From assembly GCA_963816395.1 (NCBI GenBank), contig CAWFKQ010000007.1:192001-256000 (forward strand): a stretch of DNA of 64,000 bases, in the 5' to 3' direction. The DNA is from an uncultured delta proteobacterium. GTDB lineage: Bacteria; Desulfobacterota; Desulfuromonadia; Desulfuromonadales; JACZKF01. Position 1 is the stretch's first letter. Every line of letters begins with the position of its first letter. The notes under the pieces are model-generated. The model worked only from the letters and a program-made list of their open reading frames with translations. It searched no databases and was not told where the DNA came from. The position numbers and the translations under genes were made by a program. Positions 30,323 through 40,811 of this stretch are shown here, in pieces.

Positions 30323-32136
30323 ATGCCTCAGAACATCCGCAACATCGCGATTATTGCCCATGTCGATCACGGCAAAACTACCCTGGTCGATGCCATGCTC
30401 AAACAATCCGGGGTCTTCCGGGAGAACCAGGTGATCACCGAGCGGGTGATGGACAGCAACGACCTGGAACGGGAGCGGGGTATCACCATTCTCTCCAAGA
30501 ACCTCTCAATCCATCACAGCGGACTTAAGATCAACATCGTCGACACCCCCGGCCACGCCGATTTTGGCGGGGAGGTGGAGCGAGTGCTGAAGATGGTCGA
30601 TTCGGTCCTGCTGCTGGTCGATGCCTTTGACGGGCCGATGCCGCAAACCCGCTTCGTTCTGAAAAAATCCCTCGACCTCGGATTGAAGCCGATCGTGGTG
30701 ATCAACAAGATCGACCGCCCTGGAGCCCGCCCGGAAAAAGTGGTGGACATGGTGTTCGATATGTTTTGCGAACTCAATGCCGATGAGGAGCAGCTCGATT
30801 TCCCCATCGTCTTCACCAGTGCCAAGCAGGGCTTTGCCAAGCGCGAACTGGACCAGGAATCGAAGGACCTGGAACCCCTGTTCGCCATGATTGGCGAGCG
30901 AGTGGCGCCGCCGCAGGCCGACCCCCTCGCACCCTTTCAGATGCTGGTGGCCAGCATTGATTATAACGACTACATCGGCCGGATCGCCACCGGCAAAATT
31001 TTCAATGGGCGGGTCCATAGCGGTGAGACGGTCGCTCTGCTCCGGCGAGACGGCACCACGGTGCGCGGCCGCATTTCCAAACTCCTCGGATATGAAGGGC
31101 TGAAGCAGATGGAATTGGCCGAGGCCGCGGCCGGCGATATCATCACCATCGCCGGTTTCGACGAAGTCGGCATCGGCGAAACCTTCGCCGCCGCCGATCA
31201 CCCGGTCGCCATCCCCTACGTGTCCATTGACGAGCCGACCCTCTCCATGAACTTCATGGTCAATACCTCGCCATTCGCCGGCCGCGAGGGTAAATACGTA
31301 ACCTCTCGCAATATCCGCGAACGACTGTTGAAGGAACTGCGCACCAACGTCTCCCTGCGCGTGGAAGATACGGAGAACACCGATACCTGCAAGGTTTCCG
31401 GACGCGGCGAGCTGCATCTTTCGATCCTTATCGAAAACATGCGCCGTGAAGGCTTCGAACTTGCGGTCTCTAAACCCGAAGTCATCTACCGGGAAATCGA
31501 CGGCGTTCTCTGCGAGCCAATGGAATACCTGGTGATCGATGTTCCCGAAGAACACCAGGGAACGGTCATCGAAAAACTGGGGGTTCGGCGCGCCGAGATG
31601 GCTTCCATGCAGCCGATGGAGGGAGTGGTCCGACTGGAGTTCATTATTCCCGCCCGCGGCCTGATCGGTTTCCGTACCGAGTTTCTTACCGACACCCGCG
31701 GGGCCGGGGTCATGACCCACACCTTCCACGAATATGCTCCCTGCAAGGGAGCGATCCCCGGCCGCAAGAACGGGGTGCTGATCGCCATGGAGGCCGGCGA
31801 GACGGTCGGCTACTCGCTTTTCAATCTGCAGGAGCGCGGCATTCTCTTCGTCGGCCCCCGGGTACGGATGTCTACGAAGGGATGATCATCGGACAGCACG
31901 CGAAGGAAAATGACCTGGTGGTTAACGCCTGCAGGGGGAAGAAGTTGACCAATGTCCGCGCTTCCGGCAGCGACGAGGCGATCCGGCTGACACCGCCGCG
32001 CCTGCTCACGCTGGAACAGGCTCTCGAGTACATCGACGAGGACGAACTGGTCGAAGTAACCCCCAAAACGATCCGCCTGCGGAAAAAACATCTCGATGCG
32101 AATCAGCGGAAGCGGCAGGAAAAGAAAACAAAATAA
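30323..32136 (+). CDS. typA: Translational GTPase TypA/BipA (frameshift near 31860)
   Basis: [25 protein letters not shown]-terminus [21 protein letters not shown] is in a second frame. Confidence 0.96.
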
Positions 32137-32166
32137 TCGAATTGCCGCCGAAATGATTTTTTTCCG

Positions 32167-32198
32167 AAACCCTGGCTTCCCGCCAGGGTTTTTTCTTT
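32167..32198 (+). terminator. Rho-independent terminator after typA
   Basis: AAACCCTGGC-TTCCC-GCCAGGGTTTTTT. Confidence 0.88.
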
Positions 32199-32382
32199 TC
32201 CGGCCAGTCCCGACACATTACTAAAATGCAATTATCAATGGGAACTGTCCGGAAAGTAGCGCTTTCATCGTTATCCACAAGCAATTGCCAGTGATACCCT
32301 GCCGACCGCTAAACAATGGTATACACAATAAAACATAAATATCGTAACATGCTGTTTTATGGGCGTTTTTTCTATTTTTTCC

Positions 32383-32411
32383 TTGCATCGATCTATCCCG
32401 ACAGCTATACT
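32383..32411 (+). promoter_or_regulatory. Sigma70-type promoter
   Basis: TTGCAT-17 nt-TATACT. Confidence 0.7.
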
Positions 32412-32466
32412 CCTCCCAGATTTGGGGAAAATACCCAGATAACTCAATCGCCAGGAGGAAGAAATC

Positions 32467-32637
32467 ATGGAGTGCCCGATCTGCGGCAACCGGCACCACG
32501 TGGAAATTGACACCCATTCCGATGGGTTTGCGGAAAATCTGCAGGAGTGCGGCAAGTGCGGCGCCCTGTGGACCAGGAAAGGCGAAAAGGAGATCATCCT
32601 TCACTGCTCCAACCGCCGAGCGGTCAGCAACGGCTAA
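32467..32637 (+). CDS. 56-aa zinc-ribbon-like protein (absent from the ORF track)
   Basis: AGGAGG RBS; MECPICGNRHHVEIDTHSDGFAENLQECGKCGALW... with two CxxC motifs. Confidence 0.85.
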   Translation: MECPICGNRHHVEIDTHSDGFAENLQECGKCGALWTRKGEKEIILHCSNRRAVSNG

Positions 32638-32709
32638 TTTTTGCCGCCGCCCGCACGCGGCGCAGCTTTTCTCCAACCGGCCAGCCCAGCCGGTTTTTAG
32701 ACGGAATTC

Positions 32710-32746
32710 ACCGCCGCCGGACATCGCCGGATGGCGGTTTTTTCTT
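32710..32746 (+). terminator. Rho-independent terminator
   Basis: ACCGCC..CCGG / CCGGATGGCGG followed by TTTTTT. Confidence 0.7.
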
Positions 32747-32920
32747 CTTTCTCCACCCGTGTGCTGCCCGATCGGAAACCGCACGGGGCGAAGGGCCGTC
32801 AACGGCAGTCCTCCGGCAGCCCTGCCAAATTCCTTGAAAAACAAGTCGATCCGGATTATATTGTGGCCGGTTCCGGGGCGCCCGGATTACCTTCCGGTTG
32901 TGGTGAATTCAGGAGGTTGC

Positions 32921-33477
32921 GTGGAAAAAGAGCTTAACCAACACGAAAAGGCCGTTTTGCTGGCCATTGCCCGCAAGGCAATTGAAACCTGCGTCCAGAC
33001 CGATCAGACTATATCGAACCGCGGGAGGAAATGGCGCTCAACCTGCGCAAGGGCTGTTTCGTAACCATCAAGCAGCGCGATCACCTCCGCGGGTGCATCG
33101 GCAATTTCCAATCGGAACTTCCGCTCTTCCGGGAAGTGGCGGAAATGGCTGTCGCCTCGGCCACCAAAGACCCCCGCTTTTACCCGATGAGAGAGGAAGA
33201 TCTGGCGAATTTTACCCTGGAAATTTCCGTGCTCTCTCCTTTGCGGAAAGTGGAAAACATCGAGGAAATAGAGGTCGGTCGGCACGGCATTTACCTGGAG
33301 AAGGGGTATTACCGCGGCGTCCTGCTCCCACAGGTGGCTATTGAGCACGGCTGGGACCGGGAAACCTTCCTCAAACAGACCTGCCTCAAGGCCGGTCTGC
33401 CGACCAATGCCTGGACCGCCGAGGATACCGAAATCTATCTCTTCAGCGCTCAGATCTTCGGAGAAGATAAGGTCTGA
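32921..33477 (+). CDS. amrA: AMMECR1-domain protein (AmmeMemoRadiSam protein A; frameshift near 33008)
   Basis: AGGAGG plus GTG start; GCFVT, LRGCIG, DPRF, EISVLS, LLPQVA and C.KAGL motifs. Confidence 0.9.
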
Positions 33478-33501
33478 GGTTCATTTTACTACTCGACCGC
33501 A

Positions 33502-33538
33502 GAAACCCGGGAGCCCCAGCCCCGGGTTTTTTGCTTTT
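33502..33538 (+). terminator. Rho-independent terminator
   Basis: AAACCCGGG-loop-CCCGGGTTTTTT. Confidence 0.8.
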
Positions 33539-33583
33539 CCGACTCGTGCTGGCCCAATCCCCTCCATGCGGTAGACTGGAAGG

Positions 33584-34435
33584 ATGAAAGTCCCGTCCGG
33601 GAAGAGACAAGGGAGTGAGCAACCGGCGCTGCATGAAGAAGAAGTGCGGGATGTGGAGCGCCGGACCGCACCGCGAGCCATCATCGTCCATGAGGCGATC
33701 CGCCACGAAGGGGAGCTGGAGTTGAGGCGCTCCAGTTCAGCCCTCGCCTGGTCTGGTCTTGCCGCCGGACTGTCGATGGGTTTCTCCCTGGTGACCGAAG
33801 GCTTGCTGGTGCAACATCTGCCGGACGCCCCCTGGCGACCGCTCGTGTCCAAGTTCGGCTACAGCATCGGCTTCCTCATTGTCATCCTCGGCCGCCAGCA
33901 GCTATTTACCGAAAATACCCTCACCCCGATTCTTCCCCTCATGCACCGGCCCAGCGCCCTCACCTTGTTGCACGTGATACGCCTGTGGCTAGTCGTACTC
34001 GCCGCTAACCTGTCCGGTGCGCTGCTTTTTGCCTGGGGATTGGTCCATACGGATGTTTTTCCGGCCGAAACCAAGAAGATCTTCATGGTTCTCGGCTATC
34101 AGGCGCTGAAAGGCGATTTCCTGACGGTGCTGTTCAGCGCCGTTTTCGCCGGCTGGCTGATCGCACTCACCATCTGGCTTCTCCCCTTCGCCGAGACCGC
34201 CCGGGTGACCGTAATCATCATCATCACCTACCTGATCGGCCTCGGCGGCTTCCGCCACATTATCGCCGGCTCGGTGGAAACCTTTTATCTGGTCACCACC
34301 GGCGCTATTTCCTGGGGCAGCTACCTGATGGAGTTCTTCGTCCCGACACTGGCCGGCAATCTCATTGGAGGGATCGCCCTGGTTGCGGCAGTCAACCACG
34401 CGCAGGTTGTCGCCGGGGGTGACTTGCCGAAATAA
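33584..34435 (+). CDS. Formate/nitrite transporter family protein (YfdC-like)
   Basis: EGELELRR..AL.WSGLAAGLSMGFS, QQLFTENT, HIIAGSVE and GNLIGG motifs. Confidence 0.9.
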   Translation: MKVPSGKRQGSEQPALHEEEVRDVERRTAPRAIIVHEAIRHEGELELRRSSSALAWSGLAAGLSMGFSLVTEGLLVQHLPDAPWRPLVSKFGYSIGFLIVILGRQQLFTENTLTPILPLMHRPSALTLLHVIRLWLVVLAANLSGALLFAWGLVHTDVFPAETKKIFMVLGYQALKGDFLTVLFSAVFAGWLIALTIWLLPFAETARVTVIIIITYLIGLGGFRHIIAGSVETFYLVTTGAISWGSYLMEFFVPTLAGNLIGGIALVAAVNHAQVVAGGDLPK

Positions 34436-34577
34436 ACCCGACTCCTCTCAGCCGCATGCCCGGAATCGAACCCTCGGGCTGGGATCTGAAGAAAAGAAAA
34501 AGAGGGGAACCGGGAGCTGCCATGCCCCGCCCCCAGGGCGCGGGGGCCATTGGCGGGACGCCGAGAAAGGGGACCTC

Positions 34578-35018
34578 ATGTTGAAAATGCTGATCCGCAC
34601 CGACAACGGCATCACCCAGCTGGTTCTGCGGCTTTTCCTAGGCGCAATCATGTTCCCGCACGGAGCGCAGAAGGCATTGGGATGGTTCGGCGGACACGGG
34701 TTTACCGCCACCGTCCATTACTTCACTCAATCGATGGCCTTGCCTACGGCCTTGGCCGTACTGGTCATCATCGCGGAGTTCGGCGGGTCGATCGGCCTCA
34801 TTTTCGGCTTTCTCACCCGCCTGGCCGCATTCGGCATAGGCTCTGTCATGGTCGGGGCGATCGTGACCGTGAATTACCGTAACGGGTTTTTTATGAACTG
34901 GACCGGTAATCAGGCGGGAGAAGGATTCGAATTCCACCTGCTGGCGATTGCCATCGCCCTCGCCCTGATCATCAAAGGAGGCGGCGCCGCCTCAATAGAC
35001 CGAAAGCTGATGCGGTAA
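34578..35018 (+). CDS. DoxX-family membrane protein
   Basis: MFPHGAQK..GWFGG, FFMNW and GEGFEFHLL motifs. Confidence 0.92.
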   Translation: MLKMLIRTDNGITQLVLRLFLGAIMFPHGAQKALGWFGGHGFTATVHYFTQSMALPTALAVLVIIAEFGGSIGLIFGFLTRLAAFGIGSVMVGAIVTVNYRNGFFMNWTGNQAGEGFEFHLLAIAIALALIIKGGGAASIDRKLMR

Positions 35019-35087
35019 AACGGTGAGATAAATGGATGTGACGAGAGGAGGATAGACTTACTACCCGACTGCCTTACGGAGACCGCC

Positions 35088-35786
35088 ATGATCACGATTC
35101 GCCCTTCCGCCGAGCGTGGGCATTTTCACGCCGACTGGCTCGACAGCCGCCACACCTTCTCCTTTGACACCTACCATGACCCGCACCACATGGGCTTCCG
35201 CGCCCTGCGGGTGATCAATGAGGACCGGGTGCGGGCCAGGTACGGTTTTCCCCTGCACCGGCATGAGAACATGGAGGTCATCACCGTGATCATTTCCGGG
35301 CAGCTGCAGCACGAGGACGACCTCGGCCATGGATCGACAATCGGTCCATGGGAAGTCCAGCGCTTCTCGGCAGGAACGGGCATCCGCCACAGCGAGTACA
35401 ATCCCTCGGCAACCGAGGAAGTCCATCTGCTGCAGATCTGGATCCTCCCCGAACGCCAGGGGCTGCCTCCCGGATATGAGCAGAAGCGTTTCGCGCCGAA
35501 GGAATTTCAGGGGCGTCTGCGGGCGATTGCCTCTCAGGACGGCCGCGAGGGGTCTCTCCTCCTCCACCAGGCTGCAGACCTGCTCCGCGCCGAGATGTCC
35601 GCTGGCCAGGCGCTGGACTATTCGGTGGCGACGGATCGCCACGCCTGGCTGCAGGTGATTTCCGGCTCCCTGGAGCTGAACGGGAGGTCGCTGACCGCCG
35701 GAGACGGGGCGGCGGTCAGCGGCGAGCGCGGCCTGCGCCTGGAAGCGACCGCGGACACCTCGCTGCTCCTGTTCGACCTGGCGTGA
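35088..35786 (+). CDS. Pirin-family bicupin (YhhW-like)
   Basis: WLDSRHTFSF, LRVINED, H.H.NME, AGTGIRHSE and LLQIWI motifs. Confidence 0.94.
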   Translation: MITIRPSAERGHFHADWLDSRHTFSFDTYHDPHHMGFRALRVINEDRVRARYGFPLHRHENMEVITVIISGQLQHEDDLGHGSTIGPWEVQRFSAGTGIRHSEYNPSATEEVHLLQIWILPERQGLPPGYEQKRFAPKEFQGRLRAIASQDGREGSLLLHQAADLLRAEMSAGQALDYSVATDRHAWLQVISGSLELNGRSLTAGDGAAVSGERGLRLEATADTSLLLFDLA

Positions 35787-35809
35787 AACTACCGTTGGAG
35801 TTCGTCGGT

Positions 35810-36847
35810 TCAAGGGCTCTGCGGCGGGGCAGCAACCTTCCCTTCCAGATTCTTCCCGATCGCCCGATCGGCAAGGCGCGTGAGAAAGGCGGGGAGCGCC
35901 GGTGAGCGGCTTTCCCATCCCGATTTCAGCTGATGACCACCGCTTGCCGCCGCCCCCGGGAGGAGACGAACGGCAAGGTTCTGACCGGCGGCGGCCAAGC
36001 CCGGGAAAAGGGCATTCACGAAATGCAGCAGGCGGGCCTGCGGCGTGATGATCAGGCGCGGACGGCCCAAGCGGCAGGCCGCCAGAATCTGGCGGGCCGC
36101 CCGCCGGGCGCTGGTCGAAAATAAAGGCAGCGCGGCCGATACTGCGAACCAGGCGAATTCTTTCTCGTGCTGTCCCTTGAAACGGGCATTCACATGCGAT
36201 CCGGTACGCATCAGCCCCGGCGCCACGGTGGTAACGCGGATGCCGGACTGGGCAAGTTCCGCCCGCAGGCCATCGGAGAGCCCCACCAGGGCGAACTTGC
36301 TCATGCTGTAGGGGAGCAGGTGGGGAACGGCGATCAGGCCGCCGATCGAAGCGATGTTGACGATCCTCCCGCTGCCCTGCCGCCTCATCGCCGGCGTCGC
36401 CGCCCTTATCAGGTAGAGCGCCCCCCAGGCATGCACGGCCATCGCCTGCTCGAAGTCCTCGAGTTCCAGGTGAGCCAGCGGCCCCACCTGAATAATGCCC
36501 GCGTTGTTGATAAGGACATCGAGGCGACCGCGCTTCTCCAAGACGAAATCGATGGCGGCCTCGGCCGCCTGGCGATTCCCGACATCGCAGGCCCGGACCA
36601 GCACGTCCGCCTCCAGCGCCTTGATTTCCAGGCGGGCTGCGGCGAGTTCATCCCGATCTCTCGCCAGCAGGGTCAGCCTGGCCCCTTCGGCGGCGAAAAG
36701 GCGGGCGAGTTCCAGCCCGAGTCCGCGTGAGCCGCCGGTAATCACTACTGAAGCGCCGCGAAAATCAATTCGGCGCCGACGCCGCCAGGCCAGCAGGACC
36801 GTGGCGGCAACCATCCCCGGGAGAATGATCTTCCCTGAGTCCGCCAT
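35810..36847 (-). CDS. SDR-family oxidoreductase
   Basis: TGGSRGLG, NNAG and YSMSK catalytic motif. Confidence 0.93.
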   Translation of the reverse strand: MADSGKIILPGMVAATVLLAWRRRRRIDFRGASVVITGGSRGLGLELARLFAAEGARLTLLARDRDELAAARLEIKALEADVLVRACDVGNRQAAEAAIDFVLEKRGRLDVLINNAGIIQVGPLAHLELEDFEQAMAVHAWGALYLIRAATPAMRRQGSGRIVNIASIGGLIAVPHLLPYSMSKFALVGLSDGLRAELAQSGIRVTTVAPGLMRTGSHVNARFKGQHEKEFAWFAVSAALPLFSTSARRAARQILAACRLGRPRLIITPQARLLHFVNALFPGLAAAGQNLAVRLLPGAAASGGHQLKSGWESRSPALPAFLTRLADRAIGKNLEGKVAAPPQSP

Positions 36848-38028
36848 CAGTGCACCGTCCCCGGGCGCAGCACGACCTTCAGGCAGTGGTCCTCCTTGTT
36901 CTTGAACATCTCATATCCCTGCGGAGCTTCCTCCAGAGAGAACTGGTGGCTGATGACGGCCGCAGGATCGATCTCGCGCTTTTCAATGCGCGCCAGCAAT
37001 TCCGGCAGATACTTCTGCACATGCGTCTGCCCCATGCGGAAAGTCAGCGCCTTGCCAAAGGCGGCGCCGAAATTGACCTTGTCGATCACTCCCCCATAAA
37101 CGCCGGGAATCGACACCGTCCCGCCCTTCCCGCAGGCCTGAATCGCCTGCCGCAGGGCCGTCGGCCGGTCGGTCTGCATCCGCACCGTCTGCAGCACCTG
37201 GTCGAGCTTACCAAAGAACCCAAATCCGTGGGCCTCCATGCCGACCGCATCGATGCACGCCTCGGGGCCGCGGCCGCCGGTCAGTTCCTTGAGCTCTTCG
37301 AAAATATCCGTCTCCTCGAAGTTCAGTGCCACCACCTCGCCGGCTGCGCGGGCCAGCTCCAGCCGCTCCGGCAAACGATCGATGGCGATAACCCGGGCCG
37401 CCCCGAGCAAGAGGGCGCTGCGGATAGCGAACTGGCCGACCGGCCCGCACCCCCAGACGGCAATTATCGCCCCCGGCTCGATGGCACAGTTGACCGCAGC
37501 CTGCCAGCCCGTCGGCAGGATGTCCGAGAGAAAGAGGACCTGCTCATCGGAGAGATTTTCGGGGATCTTGATCGGGCCGACATCCGCGTACGGCACCCGT
37601 GCATACTCGGCTTGCCCGCCGGCATAACCGCCCAGCATGTGGGAGTAGCCGAAAAGGCCGGCGCCGGAATAGCCGTACATCTTCTCGGCTATCCAGGCAT
37701 TGGGATTGGAGTTGTCGCAGAGGGAATATTCCTGCCGCCTACAGAAATGGCAGCGGCCGCAGGCAATGGGAAAGGGAACGACGACCCGATCGCCCTTCTG
37801 CAGGTTTTTCACTCCCGAGCCCACCTCCACCACCTCGCCCATGAACTCATGGCCGAGGATATCCCCCTTCTGCATGGTCGGGATGTAGCCGTCGTAGAGA
37901 TGCAGGTCGGAGCCGCAGATCGCGGTCAGAGTGATCCTGACGATGGCGTCACGCGGATTGAGAATCTTCGGTTCGGGAACGTTTTCCACCCGTACATCGT
38001 GCGCGCCGTACCAGCATAAGGCTTTCAT
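36847..38028 (-). CDS. Zinc-dependent alcohol/formaldehyde-dehydrogenase-like protein (YbdR-like)
   Basis: ICGSDLH, GHEFMG, structural-Zn cysteines and GCGPVG. Confidence 0.93.
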   Translation of the reverse strand: MKALCWYGAHDVRVENVPEPKILNPRDAIVRITLTAICGSDLHLYDGYIPTMQKGDILGHEFMGEVVEVGSGVKNLQKGDRVVVPFPIACGRCHFCRRQEYSLCDNSNPNAWIAEKMYGYSGAGLFGYSHMLGGYAGGQAEYARVPYADVGPIKIPENLSDEQVLFLSDILPTGWQAAVNCAIEPGAIIAVWGCGPVGQFAIRSALLLGAARVIAIDRLPERLELARAAGEVVALNFEETDIFEELKELTGGRGPEACIDAVGMEAHGFGFFGKLDQVLQTVRMQTDRPTALRQAIQACGKGGTVSIPGVYGGVIDKVNFGAAFGKALTFRMGQTHVQKYLPELLARIEKREIDPAAVISHQFSLEEAPQGYEMFKNKEDHCLKVVLRPGTVH

Positions 38029-38086
38029 GGTGTCCTTTCCATGGCCTCCGGGAGAACTCCAGGATTCGGCGATGATCCGGTGCCAC

Positions 38087-38815
38087 TCAAAGTCCTTTCG
38101 GCTGCCCCTCCACGGTCGGGATCTCGCCGGCCTCCATCAGGCTCTTGAAGCGACGGACATCCTCCCGCACCAATTGGGAAAAAGCCGGATTCAACAGGCT
38201 TGCTGCGGCAGCGCCAAGGATTCCCCCCGGCGGCTGATAGCTCAGATCCACCCGCACCACCGTGCCCCGGGCGCCAGAGGCATCGGCAAACTGCACCCGG
38301 CCGGCCGTTTCGATATCGGCGCCCGGCAGGGAGCGCCAGGCGATCAACTCTCCCGGCCGGTTTTCGGTCAGTTCCGCTTCCCAGGTGACGGTACCAAGAT
38401 TCCGGGGCGCACTCGCCTGCCATACCGATACATTGCCATCCAGTTTCCGGACCGACTCCAGATGGCGCATGAACCGGGGAAGATTCTCCACCTCCTGCCA
38501 GAACTGGTAGAGCTCTTCCCGCGGTCGGCTGACGGTGACCGCCTCGACAATGCGGATGGGGGAGATCTGGTCGCTCCGCTCGGCTGTGTCGATACCCAGA
38601 GAGGCATAGGCCGGGCAGTGTCCGGTCGTCCCCCTGTAGAGCAGGGCGCCGCCGGTGGCGGCCAGGGCGAGGCCCGCGATGGAACGCCGTCCAAGGCCGT
38701 ATGCCGTCAGTAATCCCCCGCCGAGAATGGAGAGCCAGCGTTCCTCGACGCCTACATTGACCATGGGGTCGGCGGCTGTTGATTTCTGGGAAAATTCAGT
38801 GGTTGCATTGGTCAT
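38087..38815 (-). CDS. SRPBCC cyclase/dehydrase protein with N-terminal YgaP-like TM domain
   Basis: NVG..ERWLS, RG.TGHCP.Y, ENLPRFM.HL and D.RRFK.LME.GE motifs; GGGAGG RBS. Confidence 0.9.
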   Translation of the reverse strand: MTNATTEFSQKSTAADPMVNVGVEERWLSILGGGLLTAYGLGRRSIAGLALAATGGALLYRGTTGHCPAYASLGIDTAERSDQISPIRIVEAVTVSRPREELYQFWQEVENLPRFMRHLESVRKLDGNVSVWQASAPRNLGTVTWEAELTENRPGELIAWRSLPGADIETAGRVQFADASGARGTVVRVDLSYQPPGGILGAAAASLLNPAFSQLVREDVRRFKSLMEAGEIPTVEGQPKGL

Positions 38816-39138
38816 GGCGGCGCCTCCCTTTGCCGGCAGCGGGGCCAGAGATAGTAACGTTTCTGCCGCCAGCATACCTCTCCTGCACCGCCTGTCAAAT
38901 TCTGTTTTTCTTTATTTTCCGGTTACTTGAATTCGTTAAAGCGAGGAATCCCCTCAGGGTCGCCGGCGACTTTGGATACATGCTGGGCAAGTTTTTGCAA
39001 GGGAATAGTGGAAAAGTGACCGGCACCGATTCCGGCCAGGAAGAGGATTCGGCTGGAGAACGCAGTCGGCAATCACAAGCGCATCGCCGTGGCGCTTTCC
39101 GCGATGCGGAGACAGGTCAGGAGCAGCAAAAACTCGTG

Positions 39139-39345
39139 TTACAGGATGATATGAACGAGGACGTTGACGAACAAAGTCACCACGACTCCGCATAGAAAGG
39201 AAACAAGGACGGTGAGAATTGGTACCGTTTTATCATGGACCTTGTTCATCTTCCGGTGATTAAAAGCGGATGCCAGAAAGATGAAAAACAAAAATCCTGC
39301 CAAAAGGGAAAATGACCATGGCTGGCTCTGCATGAAACTATACAC
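39139..39345 (-). CDS. Small two-TM membrane protein
   Basis: AAGGAGG RBS, GTG start and two hydrophobic segments; AT-rich. Confidence 0.6.
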   Translation of the reverse strand: MYSFMQSQPWSFSLLAGFLFFIFLASAFNHRKMNKVHDKTVPILTVLVSFLCGVVVTLFVNVLVHIIL

Positions 39346-39625
39346 GGGAATCCTCCTTATTCCGTAACAGTAATATTCTCCACACCCTGATTAGACGAAG
39401 ACCCTTGACGAAAATCCCGGCGGCAACAGGATCCATTCGTTCTGGACCGCACGCGGAATTCCCGGCACCGGATAGCCCGGAAATGACCGGGTGGCTATTT
39501 TTTACCTATTATAATTTATTTTTTCAAACTTTTCTCCCACTTTCTTGCCAAACCTTTATCCCACGTTATCGTTTTCTGCACCAAGACTCTCCGGTTAACC
39601 TATCTACCCCTGTTGGGGAGAAGCT

Positions 39626-39823
39626 GTACCCGAACTACCTGATGTGAACATCTTCAAGCAGTACTTCGATGCCACCTCGCTGCACAAGGAAATTGCCGAG
39701 GTGGAGGCTGGCCGAACGCTCCCGCACATTCACCGGCATCACTCCGGCCCGCGCTGCGGCGGTGAAATCAAGCGGCAGTCCATCGGCGACCGCAGCGCCT
39801 ATCAGTCAAAGCACCAGAGATGA
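39626..39823 (+). pseudogene. Internally deleted Fpg/Nei DNA glycosylase relic
   Basis: Manual translation: (V)PELPDVNIFKQYFDATSLHKEIAEVE joined to PRCGGEIKRQSIGDRSAY..HQR*; start codon degraded to GTA. Confidence 0.75.
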
Positions 39824-39949
39824 AGCCGCCACCATCTCCCTTGATACCAAACACTTTTTGCATTTCTCTGAAAGTATTATAATATTTTAGCTATTCATTT
39901 CCGCCAGCTCGCTAAACCGGTCCATTCCGGTCGAGCAAAAGGATCAGTC

Positions 39950-40811
39950 ATGGCAGCACGCCCCTCATGGACCGGCAATTTAAAGCTTTCTCTGATCACC
40001 GTGCCGATCCGTATGTACCGAGCGGTCAGCAGCACCGCCAGGACCAGCCTGAACATGTTGCACGAGGGCTGCAACCAGCGCATCCATTACCAGTACACCT
40101 GTCCAGTGCATGGAGAGGTGGACAAGGACGATATCGTCAAGGGTTTCCAGTATGAAAAGGGGAAGTATGTGGTGCTGGATGAGGAAACCCTGGACAAGCG
40201 TAAAGGTGGAGACAAGCAGGACGCTGGAGATCGTGCAGTTCGTCGCCGAAGAGGACCTCGACCCGGTCTACTACGATATCCCCTATTATCTGGCGCCGGA
40301 CGGCCCGGTAGCGGAGGAGGCCTTCCGCGTCCTGCGGGAGGCCATGCGCCGGACGGGCAAAGCGGCCATCGGGCGGGTAACCATGGCCGGACACGAGCAT
40401 ATCGTGGCGATCCGCCCGAAAAACAGGGGCTTGCTGCTCACCACCCTCCATTATGGCCGGGAGGTGCGTAGCGCCGCCCCTTATTTTGCTGAAATCAAGG
40501 AAGAGGAGGTTAAAGAAGAAGAACTGGACCTCGCCCGCCAGTTGATCGAGAACAAGTCGAAGGCCTTCGATCCTGCCGCCTTTCGGGACCGGTATGAAGA
40601 GGCCTTGGCGCAGGCGATCGAGGCCAGGATCCAGGGGCGGGAGCCGGAAGTCGTACAGGTGGAGGAGCCCGGGAAGGTGGTCGATTTCATGGAGGCGCTC
40701 AAGCGCAGTCTTGCCGCTGAAACAGGAGGCCGTCAGGCTCGCCGCAAGCCCCCCGCCGAGAGCGTCCGGCGCTCCCCGGCCAGGAACCGACAGAAGAAGG
40801 GGGGGGGCTGA
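39950..40811 (+). CDS. ku: Ku DNA end-binding protein (frameshift near 40197)
   Basis: RPSWTG.LKLSLITVP, DIVKGFQYEKG, YYLAP, F.P..FRDRY, VVDFMEALKRSL and basic tail. Confidence 0.95.

Noticed and set aside
32221..32460. Replication origin
   Set aside because: Only one perfect DnaA box is present, with no dnaA/gidA context.
34450..34490. tRNA 3' remnant or att site (GGTTCGATTCC on the minus strand)
   Set aside because: The T-stem does not pair properly, and there is no acceptor stem or CCA.
39905..39945. c-di-GMP/cGAMP (GEMM-I) riboswitch before ku (CTAAACCGG..GCAAAAG)
   Set aside because: There is no GNRA-capped stem and no room for the second stem before the ATG.
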